Source: Octopus bimaculoides
Lineage: Eukaryota
DNA: 44,686 nucleotides
Assembly: GCF_001194135.2 (NCBI RefSeq)
Contig: NC_068983.1
Coordinates: forward strand, 162,347,381-162,392,066
Direction of reading: 5' to 3'
Both the position numbers and the translations under genes were made by a program. The notes beneath the pieces are model-generated. The model worked only from the letters and a program-made list of their open reading frames with translations. It was not told where the DNA came from and made no database searches. This document shows positions 44,007 through 44,686 of the stretch, one piece after another (the first letter of the stretch is position 1; each line of letters starts with the position of its first letter).

Positions 44007-44156
44007 AAAGATCCCACCACCTTCAAACGAAACCTAGACAAATTTCTTCAAGGTATATCCTATAGGCCGCCAATATCTAGGTCAACAACTACCTTACTAG
44101 ATAATCCGCCCATGCCTCAGTCAACAACTCCCTACTTAAATGGGCCATGATATAAC
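44007..44156 (+). mobile_element. Probable LINE ORF2 extreme C-terminal remnant
   Basis: KDPTTFKRNLDKFLQGI...NNSLLKW resembles the FK..LD.FL tail of CR1/Jockey-group LINEs. Short and frameshifted. Confidence 0.45.
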
Positions 44157-44569
44157 AAAACGACTTTAAAAATGACTTGGTATAGCCTGTCAGGTTATGT
44201 CATTAAGTAAGACATAACCAGGACCAATCTTAGATCGAAACATCTATAAATTTGTATTTGATTTATTATCAGATCGGAAATACAATTAGCAACAGGTTAT
44301 GATATTGGGACTAATGTAGAGTATTTTTATAATGGGTGAAAGTTTTGGATCTAGTTTAAAACGGGGGCACCAGTTTTCATTTATGTTTTATGTAGTGTTT
44401 TTGGTACCGAAAGACTTTCAAACTTCGTATACTTATCTATTTTGTGTTATAGAACAGAAAAATATTTTTGTATTCGAATTTATTTCATGTAAAAAATTGT
44501 CTTATTTCGATAATTTCTACTAATCACTGAAAAACAGTTAGCGCTGTAACGGTGTATATCGTATTAATC

Positions 44570-44635
44570 CCCTAACCCTAACCCTAACTAGACTGTTAAC
44601 CCTAACCCTAACCCTAAAACTAACCCTAACTCTAA
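44570..44635 (+). repeat. Interstitial telomere-like (CCCTAA)n array
   Basis: About 8 perfect or imperfect CCCTAA units interrupted by ctagactgtt. Confidence 0.85.
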
Positions 44636-44686
44636 AATTGTTACACACATAGATACGCACAGCGTAATTTATTATATAAACAATAT

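Overview
AT-rich, repeat-dense animal genomic DNA with six N-gaps. The tRNA-derived SINEs and RTE-type repeats with (GAT)n tails look like octopus repeats (from memory, not a database search). Almost the whole window is one minus-strand, intron-rich gene. I assembled it by hand from GT-AG sites: 17 coding exons at 40233..1403 plus a candidate 5'UTR exon near 43231. It encodes a UBF/UBTF-like RNA polymerase I factor of at least about 557 aa, with a UBF-type N-terminal domain and three HMG boxes. Unusually, it has a roughly 210-aa basic/acidic N-terminal extension built from symmetric phase-1 exons and no acidic C-terminal tail. One junction has an unresolved phase conflict. The introns hold a decayed piggyBac, piggyBac-type MITEs, mariner and maT-like elements, RTE LINE tails and several SINE families. 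The most novel-looking signal is a tRNA-headed short element carrying a minimal hammerhead-ribozyme fold. It occurs twice as an inverted composite flanked by 11-bp target-site duplications, which resembles Penelope-like element insertions. A second, unrelated hammerhead-like motif and a 289-bp palindrome next to a small exon are also present. Exon and terminal-repeat coordinates were counted by hand; interspersed-repeat boundaries are approximate.
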